Assembly (NCBI GenBank): GCA_024402765.1
Contig: JAKSTC010000001.1
Location: forward strand, 3,170-67,169
Reading direction: 5' to 3'
DNA: 64,000 bases
Origin: Alphaproteobacteria bacterium
GTDB taxonomy: Bacteria; Pseudomonadota; Alphaproteobacteria; Rs-D84
The notes beneath the pieces were generated by a model. The model saw only the letters and a program-made list of their open reading frames with translations, had not been told where the DNA came from and searched no databases. Position 1 is the first letter of the stretch, and every line of letters begins with the position of its first letter. Of this stretch, positions 1 to 10,112 are shown piece by piece. Position numbers and translations under genes: made by a program.

Positions 1-676
1 TAATATACACACTCGCCACGATTGGCATCTCTTTGACTTTCGGTGTTTCTTTTTGAACAATAGATGCGAGTGTTAAAACATCGTTCCAATTTTTTAATGG
101 CGATGGCAAATGTTTGACCGAAACTTTTTCCTGTATACCAATCATTTTTTTTCGCGCCAAATCTAAAACTGCCAAACGCGAAGTTCCACGTGCGACACGA
201 TATGTATCAGGGAAAATATCACCATCATGCAAATTACAAACTGGTGCAGTGTTTGTTTTTTCACATTCTATATTTCCTGACAATTCTGGCATTTGTTGTA
301 ATAATTTTTTTGTTTGTATTATTGTCATACCCTCTGGTATTAAAACTGTTGTTGTTGCGATATCACCGGTTGCCAACATTTTAGCAATGCGCCATGGGCT
401 TGCCCTGTGTGGAATATCATATGCACCCGCCTGAACACGATTACCATTTAACCACACAGCCATTTTAAACGAAGAGACGGAATCGAAAACACCTGCATCA
501 TGTAGGTCGTTTGCGACACTGCCCACCGACGCACCTGGTAATACATTATACGAAAAAGTCCGATGCGATGAAAAGATATACCCCCCACCCCACACCAAGA
601 AAACCAATACAATCAGTGCCAACAAAATCAGCGCTTTGAAATATTTTTTTACTAATCTTTTTAATCTTCGCGACAT
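1..676 (-). CDS. mltG: Endolytic murein transglycosylase MltG/YceG family, N-terminal part (C-terminus lies beyond the window start)
   Basis: Minus-strand ATG at 674-676. Own translation MSRRLKRLVKKYFKALILLALIVLVFLVW... shows an N-terminal TM segment followed by YceG-like motifs (FPDTYR, LASIVQKET, VASV). Not in the ORF track because it runs off the window edge. Confidence 0.75.
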   Translation of the reverse strand, partial: MSRRLKRLVKKYFKALILLALIVLVFLVWGGGYIFSSHRTFSYNVLPGASVGSVANDLHDAGVFDSVSSFKMAVWLNGNRVQAGAYDIPHRASPWRIAKMLATGDIATTTVLIPEGMTIIQTKKLLQQMPELSGNIECEKTNTAPVCNLHDGDIFPDTYRVARGTSRLAVLDLARKKMIGIQEKVSVKHLPSPLKNWNDVLTLASIVQKETPKVKEMPIVASVYI

Positions 677-773
677 AGCGCAAATTATTACAGATAATTT
701 TTACGATTGCAAATAGTTACATTATATATTAATCTTTTTCTAAGAGAGAGTGTTATAAACAAAGGTATTCAGT

Positions 774-1559
774 ATGTCGCACACAATAACACTTAATGGA
801 AAAATTATACAAGACATCCGTCACAACATAGGATATCCATCACATGAAAAATCAAAATACGAACGCGAAAGAGTAAGGTTTTCACACTGTCTATTTTTAA
901 CCCAGGATAAAAATATTTTGACTTATCAAACTGCAACCCCTTATACAATTGTGCGTATTTCTGAACCGACAGATATAAAAATTCCATATCCTTTGGCAAT
1001 AAATCTGGAACCTGTTCTTATTGAAAACTCTCCATCTATAAATTTAGAAATTCCTGATTGCACCTTTGCAACACTGCAAACATTTAATAACACCGACCGC
1101 CCAGAATACATAAAAACAAATGACTTGAAAACAAATGTTGTTATGTTGGGAAATTACAAAACAAATCTGGAATATCTGAACGATATGCAAGAGAAAACAA
1201 ATTACATGAATTATTTAATGAATTGCAAAATTGACTATGATACAAAAGACAACGCAAAACAATACGATTGGGACAAAGTACACCTATGCAATTTAGCCGA
1301 CACATTGCACCTGGATTATACAAAACCATATTATATTAAATACCCTCTTTCACAACAAACAGAACTTGATAAATATGCTATGTCCAAAATATTACAACAG
1401 GTTTCTAAATTCGGATATTTGTATCGCACTGTGCACGATGAAGATTACGCAGAAAAAACATTAAAGATTCCCGTTGCTATATTTGCAAAAAACATTTGTT
1501 TGCGACAAATGACAGCATTAATAATTGGTCGCATAAAACAAAACGAACATACAAAATAA
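774..1559 (+). CDS. Hypothetical protein (261 aa), no recognisable domain
   Basis: Long ORF with no signal peptide, followed by a hairpin terminator. No family recognised. Confidence 0.4.
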   Translation: MSHTITLNGKIIQDIRHNIGYPSHEKSKYERERVRFSHCLFLTQDKNILTYQTATPYTIVRISEPTDIKIPYPLAINLEPVLIENSPSINLEIPDCTFATLQTFNNTDRPEYIKTNDLKTNVVMLGNYKTNLEYLNDMQEKTNYMNYLMNCKIDYDTKDNAKQYDWDKVHLCNLADTLHLDYTKPYYIKYPLSQQTELDKYAMSKILQQVSKFGYLYRTVHDEDYAEKTLKIPVAIFAKNICLRQMTALIIGRIKQNEHTK

Positions 1560-1561
1560 AA

Positions 1562-1588
1562 AAACGCCATAACGGCGTTTTTTTAATA
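1562..1588. terminator. Bidirectional rho-independent terminator (aacgcc-ataac-ggcgtt plus T-run)
   Basis: GC stem-loop flanked by an A-run and a T-run, lying between convergent genes. Confidence 0.6.
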
Positions 1589-2038
1589 TCTTTTTTTATT
1601 TTTAGATTTATACCACTTTTGCATTACATCAACCGCAGATGGCATTTCAATATGTGTCATCTTTATTGGGCATTTGCCATTAAACATTCGTGCATCACGA
1701 AAGCCAATTTTATCTGCATCATATTGATCGGCGGCAAAGAAAACCTTTTTTATATTTGACCATTTTATCGCCGCATTACACATTGGACATGGTTCACACG
1801 ATGTATATAAAACACAACCCGATAAATCAAAGGTTCCTAACTTTTTACACGCGCGCCGAATCGCATTTACCTCTGCATGTGCGGTTGAATCATTTGACGA
1901 AACAACCGTATTATATGCGCGCGCAATTACAATTCCATCCTTTACAACGACCGCACCAAATGGTGACGACCCCTGCGCCACAGATTTCGCACTTTCATTC
2001 ACCGCCATTTGCAAAAATTTTATATCATCTTGTTTCAT
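1583..2038 (-). CDS. CMP/dCMP-type zinc deaminase (TadA / guanine deaminase family)
   Basis: HAEVNAI...CEPCPMC zinc-binding motifs. Start taken at the internal MKQDDIKFLQ, because the N-terminal 29 aa of the listed ORF overlap a hairpin repeat and look spurious. Confidence 0.65.
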   Translation of the reverse strand: MKQDDIKFLQMAVNESAKSVAQGSSPFGAVVVKDGIVIARAYNTVVSSNDSTAHAEVNAIRRACKKLGTFDLSGCVLYTSCEPCPMCNAAIKWSNIKKVFFAADQYDADKIGFRDARMFNGKCPIKMTHIEMPSAVDVMQKWYKSKNKKRY

Positions 2039-2085
2039 TTTTTCCCTCACACTTTTCAGGACAATTATATCATAAAAAAGACAAA

Positions 2086-2125
2086 AATAAAACCGGCATA
2101 AATGCCGGCTTAATTTTTTTTCCAA
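2086..2125. repeat. Hairpin repeat copy 1: caaaaataaaaccggcataaaTgccggc plus T-run
   Basis: Near-identical ~30-nt copy at 2283-2317. Stem ccggcat/atgccgg. Confidence 0.5.
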
Positions 2126-2130
2126 TCACA

Positions 2131-2240
2131 AAGGAACAAAAACAAGATTCCCTCGGCACTATGTGCCTGCGGGGCAACCGTAACGATTTTGCTTCATTTT
2201 ATTCGCAAAATCTACTTGTTGTCGAACCATGTCATTGTTT
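2131..2240. repeat. Dispersed structured element (attccctcggcac...cctgcggggcaaccgtaacgattt...gttgtcgaacc) fused to a 10-nt tRNA-Pro 3' fragment (aacaagattc)
   Basis: About 80% identical over the ccctcgg...gtcgaacc core to the units at 61161-61491. In both places the element begins right after a copy of the adjacent tRNA's T-loop 'gattc'. Confidence 0.55.
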
Positions 2241-2282
2241 CACAATGAACATATGTATCAAATCTGAATGCTACATCCGACC

Positions 2283-2317
2283 AAAAATAAAACCGGCATA
2301 AAAGCCGGTTTGATTTT
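2283..2317 (-). terminator. Rho-independent terminator downstream of tRNA-Pro (hairpin repeat copy 2)
   Basis: aaccggc-tttta-gccggtt followed by a T-run on the minus strand, immediately 3' of the tRNA. Confidence 0.55.
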
Positions 2318-2394
<77 letters not shown>

Positions 2395-2440
2395 CTAACT
2401 TATGCCCTATTCTAACAACATAATATAAAAACACAAATAT

Positions 2441-3703
2441 TTATTTTTCGCGGTTAAATACACGTTTAAATATAATAGATGCGTTAGTTCCACCAAAACC
2501 AAATGAATTACTTAACACAACATCAACCTTACGTTTTTTTGCCTTGTGTGGAACCAAATCAAAATTACCAACTTCATCAATTGGGTCATCCAAATTGATT
2601 GTTGGTGGAACAATGTTATCACATATTGCCAATATACTAAATATTGCTTCTATCGCACCGGCAGCCCCCAACAAATGTCCCGTCATAGATTTTGTTGATG
2701 ACATACATGCGCCTGTTTTTCCAAACATTTTTTTGACTGCAACCATTTCACCAACGTCACCCAAACCTGTGGACGTTCCATGTGCATTTATATAATCAAC
2801 ATCCGCTGGTTTCAACTTTGCGCTTTTTAATGCGGCCGCCATCGCACGCGCACCACCAACACCATTTGGTGCCGGTGCGGTTATATGATACGCATCCGCG
2901 GACAGGCCGTAACCTGCAACCTCTGCATATATTTTTGCACCACGTTTAACAGCATGTTCATATTCTTCAAGGACCAAGATACCCGCCCCCTCACTCAACA
3001 CAAACCCATCCCTGTTTTTATCCCATGGGCGCGAAGCATGCACCGGGTCATCATTACGCGTTGATAATGCACGCATCGCAGCAAAGCCCGCAAGTCCAAC
3101 CGGGACAACCGCCCCCTCTGTTCCGCCACAAACCATAATATCGGCTTCACGATTCTTGATAAATTGTGCTGCTTCTGCAATAGAATGACTACCCGTTGCA
3201 CACGCTGTCGCCACAGAAATATTTGGACCCTGCAAACCATATTTAATAGATGTATAACCTGCTGTCATATTCACAATCGCCTTGGTTACAAAAAATGGGC
3301 TCACAAAACGTGGACCATTTTTATCCAATTCCAGTGCAATATCACTTATAGAGCCCAATCCGCCAACCCCACTGCCGATTGAAACACCAATACGCCGTTT
3401 ATCACCATCATAATCAATTAAGTTTGCATCACGCATTGCTTCATCAACCGCAACCAAACCATAGATTATTGACTTATCCATTTTTCTTTGTTCACGCGGG
3501 TCAATCACCAAATCCGGATTAAAATCACCATCCTTGTCGCCACGCACAGGCACACCTGCAATTTGTGAAGCAAAGTTAGATGCGTCAAACAAATCAATTT
3601 TACGAATTCCAGATTTACCAGAAATAATATTTTTCCATGCATATTCAACACCCGTTCCCACAGGCGAAACAATTCCCATACCGGTTACTACAACCCTTCT
3701 CAT
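2441..3703 (-). CDS. fabF: 3-oxoacyl-ACP synthase II
   Basis: 420 aa with a typical KAS-II N-terminus (MRRVVVTGMGIVSPVG), an active-site Cys region, and C-terminal GHLLGAAGAIEA / SNSFGFGGTNA. Confidence 0.9.
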   Translation of the reverse strand: MRRVVVTGMGIVSPVGTGVEYAWKNIISGKSGIRKIDLFDASNFASQIAGVPVRGDKDGDFNPDLVIDPREQRKMDKSIIYGLVAVDEAMRDANLIDYDGDKRRIGVSIGSGVGGLGSISDIALELDKNGPRFVSPFFVTKAIVNMTAGYTSIKYGLQGPNISVATACATGSHSIAEAAQFIKNREADIMVCGGTEGAVVPVGLAGFAAMRALSTRNDDPVHASRPWDKNRDGFVLSEGAGILVLEEYEHAVKRGAKIYAEVAGYGLSADAYHITAPAPNGVGGARAMAAALKSAKLKPADVDYINAHGTSTGLGDVGEMVAVKKMFGKTGACMSSTKSMTGHLLGAAGAIEAIFSILAICDNIVPPTINLDDPIDEVGNFDLVPHKAKKRKVDVVLSNSFGFGGTNASIIFKRVFNREK

Positions 3704-3815
3704 AATAAATCCTTTTTATTAATATTCTGGGTCTATAATACCTTGTTTTACAGAAAAAATACAGAAAAAAATCCGTTGTCAGGTGACAACGGATAAAAAC
3801 TTATACAGAACAAAA

Positions 3816-4049
3816 TTATTTTGTGTGTTCATCAATATATTTAACAGCATCGCCAACAGTTTCTAATTTTGCTGCTTCTTCATCAGGAATCGTAATATTG
3901 AATTGCTTTTCAACTTCCATAACGAATTCAACAACATCCAAAGAATCTGCCCCTAAATCATTTACAAATGCAGCACTTTCAACAATCTTTTCATCTGCAA
4001 CACCCAATTTGTCCGCTACAATTTTCTTTACTTTTTCTAAAGTTGTCAT
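3816..4049 (-). CDS. acpP: Acyl carrier protein
   Basis: 77 aa with the DLGADSLD phosphopantetheine-attachment motif. Confidence 0.92.
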   Translation of the reverse strand: MTTLEKVKKIVADKLGVADEKIVESAAFVNDLGADSLDVVEFVMEVEKQFNITIPDEEAAKLETVGDAVKYIDEHTK

Positions 4050-4188
4050 TTTCTATCCTTTGTTTTGGTTAAACTTTTGCCCCATGATACCAACGGGAGT
4101 CAATATACAACAAAATATCATTTTATAACTATGGTGTCAAGGATTTATAACAAATTATAACAAAAACACACTAAAAACAATATATTAA

Positions 4189-5199
4189 CTAAGCCAGCAA
4201 ACTATCCAATAAATCGTTCATATTGTCCCTAATATCTTCACGATCCGCCGCCCAAACCAACCTACGCATAACAAACTTATGCACATCATCCATTGTTAAA
4301 TTTGGAATATGCGCACGTTTTACAACGCGTGCCCACGCAACACGCGGATCTGCCAAATGATTTTTACAACGACTCACAAAAATCCAATCACTATTTTCCT
4401 GGGGCAAATCTTGCAATAATACAGCAGTTCTATCAGACAACGGCCAATCTTTCCACATATAATGATTAAAATCTAAATCAGCCCAACACATAGAAAAAAT
4501 TTTTGATTTAGGTAAAAAGCTATACACCAACATTAAAAACGCGGCACGCACGATGAGATTTTCCTCCATATTAATTGCGTCAACCAGCGCACGCAAACCA
4601 TATTCTGTCAAAGGAGATGTCCGATATTTTTTTTCAATGCGTTTTAATTGTATCGCAGGATTTTTTTTGACGTATCCCATTTCAACGGCATATTTAAAAA
4701 TACTATTTAATAATTCCTGCATACGACCAGCGATTGTTTGTCCTTCTATATTTGCAATAACACTTTCTAAATCATCAACTTTAATTTCATCAACAAATTT
4801 ATCAAACAAATCTTTCAAATGCAGCTCTATAGAACGAACCAATTTAACTTCTGAATCTTCACTGCGACGAACACAGTTTTTAATATACAGGCCAACAAAT
4901 TCTTTAAATTTAATTTTCTTACGCCGCACAGGAACTTTTTTCAATGCGTTTTCCAATAACGCTGGCACCGCAGCACGCGCCATTTCAATATCAACCGTTG
5001 GATAGTTTCCTATGATAATTCGTTTATCATTACCATGCACCCTTTTACGAACAAAGAATGTTTTGACCCCACGTGATGTAACATACATACGCAGACGCGG
5101 TTCTGATAAATCTTGGACAACATCAAACCCCTTTGCTGGTGTGGGCAAATTATCTAAAATATACGAATTAAAGAAAAATTGATGTGCCATTTTATTCAC
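4189..5199 (-). CDS. P4-type integrase-like protein (Arm/DUF4102-like N-terminal domain), catalytic region apparently degenerate
   Basis: N-terminus [43 protein letters not shown] resembles the P4-integrase Arm domain. The C-terminal half has a tyrosine-recombinase-like layout, but no obvious HxxR box II and no terminal catalytic Tyr. The start overlaps the lepA stop by 8 nt. Confidence 0.5.
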   Translation of the reverse strand: MNKMAHQFFFNSYILDNLPTPAKGFDVVQDLSEPRLRMYVTSRGVKTFFVRKRVHGNDKRIIIGNYPTVDIEMARAAVPALLENALKKVPVRRKKIKFKEFVGLYIKNCVRRSEDSEVKLVRSIELHLKDLFDKFVDEIKVDDLESVIANIEGQTIAGRMQELLNSIFKYAVEMGYVKKNPAIQLKRIEKKYRTSPLTEYGLRALVDAINMEENLIVRAAFLMLVYSFLPKSKIFSMCWADLDFNHYMWKDWPLSDRTAVLLQDLPQENSDWIFVSRCKNHLADPRVAWARVVKRAHIPNLTMDDVHKFVMRRLVWAADREDIRDNMNDLLDSLLA

Positions 5200-7033
5200 C
5201 TACTTTTAATGCGTTAATAAATGCGCTTTGTGGAATTTCGACATTACCGAATGTGCGCATACGTTTTTTTCCTTCTTTTTGTTTTTCCAACAGTTTGCGT
5301 TTACGTGTGATATCACCACCATAACATTTTGCAGTAACATCCTTACGATACGCAGCAATCGTTTCACGCGCGATAATTTTTCCACCAATCGCCGCCTGGA
5401 GTGGAATTTTAAACTGGTGCCGTGGAATTAAGTCTTTCAATCTTTCAACAATTTGACGACCGCGCGATTCTGCAACAGATCGATGACAAATAAAAGACAA
5501 CGGTTCAACATTTTCTTCATTAACCAGAATCGAAACCTTTACCAAATCAGACACTTCGTATCCACATACCGAATAATCAAATGATGCATAACCCGAAGAT
5601 ATAGATTTCACCCTGTCGTAAAAATCAAACACAACCTCTGCCAACGGCAGGCGATATGTCAACACTGCGCGATTTCCAACATAGGAAATATTTTCCTGGA
5701 CCCCGCGCCGTTGTGAACACAATTCCATCAAGCCGCCCATATATTTATCAGGCATCATAATTGTTGCGCGCACCCATGGTTCTTCGATTGATTCTATTTT
5801 TGTGGGGTCTGGCATATCTGCAGGATTTTCCAAATCCATCATATCGCCCCCGCGCAGATGAATTTTATACAGCACACTCGGCACCGTATTAATCAGGTTC
5901 AAATTAAATTCGCGGGTCAGGCGTTCGCTAATAATCTCCATATGCAACAAACCCAAAAATCCACAACGCAAACCAAACCCCAATGCCGAAGATTTTTCAG
6001 TTACAAACATAAAAGACGCATCATTCAACGCCAACTTTTCTGCACTTTCGCGCAGGTTTGGATAATCGTCCGCAGACACTGGGAAAAACGAAGAAAACAC
6101 GACCGGCACAGACGGCTTAAAACCCGGTAACGCCGCGCCACCGGATTTAGAATCAACGATTGTGTCCCCAACCTTGCAATCGTGAATTGTTTTCATACCC
6201 GTAATAATAAATCCGATTTCGCCTGTTTCCAAACTATCGACATTAACCATTTTCGGTGTAAAATAGCCAATTTTTTCAACCGTATATTCTGCGCCTGTCG
6301 CAACAAATTTTATTTTTTGTCCGCGCGACAATTTACCATCAACGACACGCACCAAAACAACAACACCCAAATAAGAATCATACCATGAATCAACCAGCAA
6401 CGCGCGTGTTGGCGCATTTTCATCACCATTTGGCGCCGGCAATTTATGAACGATTTCTTCCAACAATTCTGGGACACCTGCGCCGGTTTTTCCCGACACA
6501 GTTAATGCATCGTTTGCATCCAGTCCGATAACATCTGCTATTTGTTCGCGGGTGGCGGCGACATCACTGGACGGCAAATCAATTTTATTCAATACCGGCA
6601 ACATTTCCAAATTATTATCCAACGCCAAATAAGCATTCGCCAGCGTCTGCGCCTGGACCCCCTGGGTTGCATCGACCAAAACAATCGCGCCCTCGCACGC
6701 CGCCAAACTGCGCGACACTTCGTATGAAAAGTCTACATGCCCCGGTGTATCCATCAAATTAAGTTGATATTCTTGCCCATCTTTGGCGCGATAGTTTAAA
6801 CGCACCGTTTGTGCCTTTATCGTAATTCCGCGTTCGCGTTCAATATCCATTGAATCAAGCACCTGGGCCTTCATTTCCCGCGCCTGCAGTCCACCCGTAA
6901 ATTCAATCAACCGGTCTGACAGGGTTGATTTACCATGATCGATATGCGCAACAATAGAAAAATTTCGGATATTTTTTTGATTCACCTTTATACCTTTTGC
7001 GGCAATGATACACCCGTATAAGGCATCACGCAA
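5192..7033 (-). CDS. lepA: Elongation factor 4 (LepA)
   Basis: [18 protein letters not shown]1 motif and full EF4 architecture. The true start may be the GTG 16 codons downstream (VNQKNIRNF). Confidence 0.9.
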   Translation of the reverse strand: MRDALYGCIIAAKGIKVNQKNIRNFSIVAHIDHGKSTLSDRLIEFTGGLQAREMKAQVLDSMDIERERGITIKAQTVRLNYRAKDGQEYQLNLMDTPGHVDFSYEVSRSLAACEGAIVLVDATQGVQAQTLANAYLALDNNLEMLPVLNKIDLPSSDVAATREQIADVIGLDANDALTVSGKTGAGVPELLEEIVHKLPAPNGDENAPTRALLVDSWYDSYLGVVVLVRVVDGKLSRGQKIKFVATGAEYTVEKIGYFTPKMVNVDSLETGEIGFIITGMKTIHDCKVGDTIVDSKSGGAALPGFKPSVPVVFSSFFPVSADDYPNLRESAEKLALNDASFMFVTEKSSALGFGLRCGFLGLLHMEIISERLTREFNLNLINTVPSVLYKIHLRGGDMMDLENPADMPDPTKIESIEEPWVRATIMMPDKYMGGLMELCSQRRGVQENISYVGNRAVLTYRLPLAEVVFDFYDRVKSISSGYASFDYSVCGYEVSDLVKVSILVNEENVEPLSFICHRSVAESRGRQIVERLKDLIPRHQFKIPLQAAIGGKIIARETIAAYRKDVTAKCYGGDITRKRKLLEKQKEGKKRMRTFGNVEIPQSAFINALKVGE

Positions 7034-7041
7034 CCAAAAAA

Positions 7042-7623
7042 TTAAACCATCGCAACGATTCCAATACCGACCAGCGCGGCAAGAATTGCACCAATCGTTA
7101 TTGGCCAGAAATATTTTTTAACAATGTTATTTGCACGTTCTTGAAAAAAATAAAGCAATGTCCCGACAATTGCAAAACGGCCGGTTCTGAAAATAGCAGA
7201 CACAGCAACAAACAAAATTATAGGATAATTCAAAAACCCCAAACAAATGCCGAGCAATTTATAAGGAATTGGTGTAAATGCAGTTGCAACGATAATAAGC
7301 ACACCCCATTTATCAACCAATGCGCGTACCTGTTCCAAATAAGTGATGGCATCCATAGATGCAAATTGTTGAATCAACCACGCGCCCACAGAATCAAACA
7401 ACCACACACCGATTGCGTATGCAATTATACCCCCAACGATTGAACCCAACGCCGCTGCGAGTGTGATAGGCACCGCACGTTTTTTATTTGCGACAATTGC
7501 GGGTGTCATAAACACTTCGGGTGGAATGAACAAGAATACAGATTCAAACACAGTCATCACAAAGACGACCCACCAATACCACCGCGCTTCGGCTTTGGAC
7601 AACAAGTATTCAGACAATTTCAT
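7042..7623 (-). CDS. DedA/YqaA family membrane protein
   Basis: 193 aa, multi-TM, with a DedA-like loop ([11 protein letters not shown]). Confidence 0.6.
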   Translation of the reverse strand: MKLSEYLLSKAEARWYWWVVFVMTVFESVFLFIPPEVFMTPAIVANKKRAVPITLAAALGSIVGGIIAYAIGVWLFDSVGAWLIQQFASMDAITYLEQVRALVDKWGVLIIVATAFTPIPYKLLGICLGFLNYPIILFVAVSAIFRTGRFAIVGTLLYFFQERANNIVKKYFWPITIGAILAALVGIGIVAMV

Positions 7624-7700
7624 TAAATTCCTTTTATAATTTTCTTGATTGTAAAGTAATATCTATTAAATTACAATACAGAAAAACCAAAGGGTAAAAA

Positions 7701-8048
7701 ATGCCAACAAAACCAAGAAATACGAATCGTGGCGAACGCATCGCGTCCAAGGTGCAAACGATAGTATCAGAAATTTTACGGGAAAAATATAGCGAAGATA
7801 AAATCTTATCGGGTGTATCACTGTCAGGTTCCGATTCGCGCGGCGGCTTGCAATTTGTGCGCCTGTATTATTATACGCATACGGGAAAGTCTGACACGAT
7901 TCAGAAAAGGCTTGATGAAGTTACGAAAACGATTCGTTTTGAATTGGCATCGCGTATGGATCAGAAATATGTTCCAGAAATCAAGTTCACATACGATGAC
8001 ACATTGGACCGCGCGAATCGTATTGATGAATTATTGAAAAATTTGTAA
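7701..8048 (+). CDS. rbfA: Ribosome-binding factor A
   Basis: 115 aa with an RbfA-like profile (RIASKVQTIVSEIL...VSLSGSDSRGGLQFVRLYY). Confidence 0.7.
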   Translation: MPTKPRNTNRGERIASKVQTIVSEILREKYSEDKILSGVSLSGSDSRGGLQFVRLYYYTHTGKSDTIQKRLDEVTKTIRFELASRMDQKYVPEIKFTYDDTLDRANRIDELLKNL

Positions 8049-8054
8049 TTTACT

Positions 8055-8200
8055 TTTTGTCATTGCGTGTTATTTCGCACTTAGTCCCCCTTTGTCATTG
8101 CGAGGGAGTGTAACGACCGTGGCAATCCAGTCAATATGTCATAATCATTATTACTGGATTGCTTCGCTATGCTCGCAATGACAAAAGAGAGTAAGTTCAC
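8055..8200. repeat. MITE-like palindromic element(s) with inverted repeats tttgtcattgcgag / ctcgcaatgacaaa
   Basis: Inverted repeats at 8088-8101 and 8173-8186. Related sequence (actggattgcttcgct..gctcgcaatgacaaa) recurs at 59045-59085. Confidence 0.6.
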
Positions 8201-8262
8201 AATGATAAAACTATAAAAACAAAAGGTGCCGATTGGCACCTGTGGTAATACATTGATATGTT

Positions 8263-8991
8263 TTAGAAATTATACCGCAAACCGAAAGACAACGAATTAG
8301 ACAGCATAAAACCATTTTCAACTTTTGATGTGACAACCGTTCCATCACCAGGGCGCCAAACGCGCTCATGCGACGTTCCTGTAATTCCAGCCAAACGATA
8401 GCGAATATCAAAAGTCATATTATCATTTAACTGTGTGCTATACCCAAACATTACACCGCCCATAAATCCGAAACCAAACTTATTCCTGTTGCTTTCAACA
8501 AAATCAGTCCCCGCAGCATCTATTGTAATAATTGGCATTGCGGCACCGACACCAGCCCCAACATACAGACCGTTAATAAAATTGTAATAACCATTCACAG
8601 TTGCGTATGGGATTTGCACAGCATATTCGCCACCGCTATCTTTATCTGTCATACGGCCGAGATATCCCGCCTCAACATCTGCGCGCCAATTTGAATCAAA
8701 CCATTTACCAACAGATAAATTGCCACCAAACACAGGTTTAAAAGAATAATTTTCTGTTGTTTCATCTCCATATGGATAGCCATCTAAACTCGCAGAAGCA
8801 GTAGCCTTAAAATTCCAAAATGCCAATTCTGCGCGTAATGTCATATACCAATCACTGACTGGTTTATCTGCGTAATCATAAGTAACGACATAACCGCCAT
8901 CATTTGCATTTGATTTAACCATAGTTGGTGCGGCGATTGCCCCAGACGATAAAACCACAGCACCCGCGATAACAGAAACTAATTTTTTCAT
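8263..8991 (-). CDS. Outer-membrane beta-barrel protein (OmpA-like / Omp25 family)
   Basis: Signal peptide, alternating amphipathic strands, C-terminal ...GLRYNF ending in Phe. Confidence 0.6.
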   Translation of the reverse strand: MKKLVSVIAGAVVLSSGAIAAPTMVKSNANDGGYVVTYDYADKPVSDWYMTLRAELAFWNFKATASASLDGYPYGDETTENYSFKPVFGGNLSVGKWFDSNWRADVEAGYLGRMTDKDSGGEYAVQIPYATVNGYYNFINGLYVGAGVGAAMPIITIDAAGTDFVESNRNKFGFGFMGGVMFGYSTQLNDNMTFDIRYRLAGITGTSHERVWRPGDGTVVTSKVENGFMLSNSLSFGLRYNF

Positions 8992-9057
8992 TTTTTCCCC
9001 TTTATTTTGCTGTGAATATTATACCACTTTTCAGATATAAAAACAAATACTAAAGAC

Positions 9058-9092
9058 AAAAAAATCGTGCAGGTCATAGCACGATTTTCAGA
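9058..9092 (-). terminator. Rho-independent terminator
   Basis: aaatcgtgc-n8-gcacgattt followed by a T-run on the minus strand, downstream of the 9107 gene. Confidence 0.5.
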
Positions 9093-9106
9093 AACTTTTT
9101 TTAATA

Positions 9107-9625
9107 TTACTCAAGCCATATATTGGCAAGAGTTGACGAACTGGAACCACCACTGCGAACTTGCGAAATAGCAGTATTAGTTATCGTTGTTCCACTAATC
9201 GATATCCCCGTTCCTGCTGTATAGGTTGTATTGGTATCGGTATCAATATCATTTGCCCAAGCAACGGAACCATCAGATTGTTTTTTCAAAACCTGACCGG
9301 CACTACCGCCACTTGGATCTGTAATCTTTGTCCTAATTGCACTGGCAACCGCCTTACCACTCATACCACTGGAACTGGTTGCATCATAAGCATCAGTAAC
9401 CGTTGGTATTGTCAATGTAACATTTCCATTAAGTGGGGCAACATCATTAACTTTCGTTACTGTACCAGCATTTTTTGTAAAACCCCAACCACTTACAGTC
9501 TGTTCTGTAACAGCCGCGGGTATATTCAAAGAATTAACAACATCATCCACATATTTTGTCGACGCGATATCCGCAAAAGCGAAACCAGGAATAAATACCA
9601 AAGGCAAGATAAATATTTTTTTCAT
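9107..9625 (-). CDS. Secreted protein, phage-tail-fibre-like family (N-terminal IASTKYVDD motif)
   Basis: Start taken at MKKIFILPLVFIPGFAFA (signal peptide). T/S/G-rich. Shares its N-terminal motif with six other ORFs in the window. Confidence 0.55.
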   Translation of the reverse strand: MKKIFILPLVFIPGFAFADIASTKYVDDVVNSLNIPAAVTEQTVSGWGFTKNAGTVTKVNDVAPLNGNVTLTIPTVTDAYDATSSSGMSGKAVASAIRTKITDPSGGSAGQVLKKQSDGSVAWANDIDTDTNTTYTAGTGISISGTTITNTAISQVRSGGSSSSTLANIWLE

Positions 9626-9642
9626 ATTTATAATCCACTTAT

Positions 9643-9990
9643 TTAATTTGCAGTTGTACGCGTAATAAGTTCCCACTTTAATGTTATTTGATTATTATCA
9701 TCCTTGGTCGCGGTCAAAACATATGTTCCATCAGTGCCATCTGCCACCGCAGACAAATCCAAATTAGCCGTAGTTATCCCAGTTGTTGAATCTTTAACAA
9801 TCTTTATATTACTACTATTGGATAACTTATCCTGTTTTTTATTATCCAACGAATCGTATGCCAATTCGACATAGGTCCCCGTTGCCAATGTTGGCAAAGA
9901 CGCAGTTGGTGCCGGATCCGCCGCACGCGCAGAACCCACGAACATAGCCGCCGCCAAACATAAAACAGAAAAACCAGTTATATGTTTCAT
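9643..9990 (-). CDS. Small secreted protein of the same family (ATGTYVELAYDSLDNKKQDKL)
   Basis: Start at MKHITGFSVLCLAAAMFVGSARA (signal peptide), followed by the shared xYV...K.DK motif. Confidence 0.5.
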   Translation of the reverse strand: MKHITGFSVLCLAAAMFVGSARAADPAPTASLPTLATGTYVELAYDSLDNKKQDKLSNSSNIKIVKDSTTGITTANLDLSAVADGTDGTYVLTATKDDNNQITLKWELITRTTAN

Positions 9991-10066
9991 AAAACCCTTC
10001 CCATCGTGTCCACTATAATATGATAATAAATTTATCAATCACAGTGCAAGTGAAAATTTTATTTTT

Positions 10067-10100
10067 CCGACATCCGTGGGTGGGAACCCCCACCCACGGA
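10067..10100. terminator. Perfect 12-bp palindrome (tccgtgggtggg-aaccc-ccacccacgga), likely terminator of the 10113 gene
   Basis: Hairpin immediately 3' of the minus-strand gene. Confidence 0.5.
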
Positions 10101-10112
10101 TATCTGTTTTAG

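Noticed and set aside
1690-2301. 203-aa plus-strand ORF
   Set aside because: It overlaps the minus-strand deaminase gene, two hairpin repeats and the tRNA-linked repeat element. The composition is low-complexity and is probably a repeat-derived reading frame.
4553-5005. Antisense ORFs inside confirmed genes (e.g. 4553..5005, 5858..6130, 17464..17715, 30683..30997)
   Set aside because: They are embedded opposite well-supported CDSs and have skewed, low-complexity composition typical of shadow ORFs.
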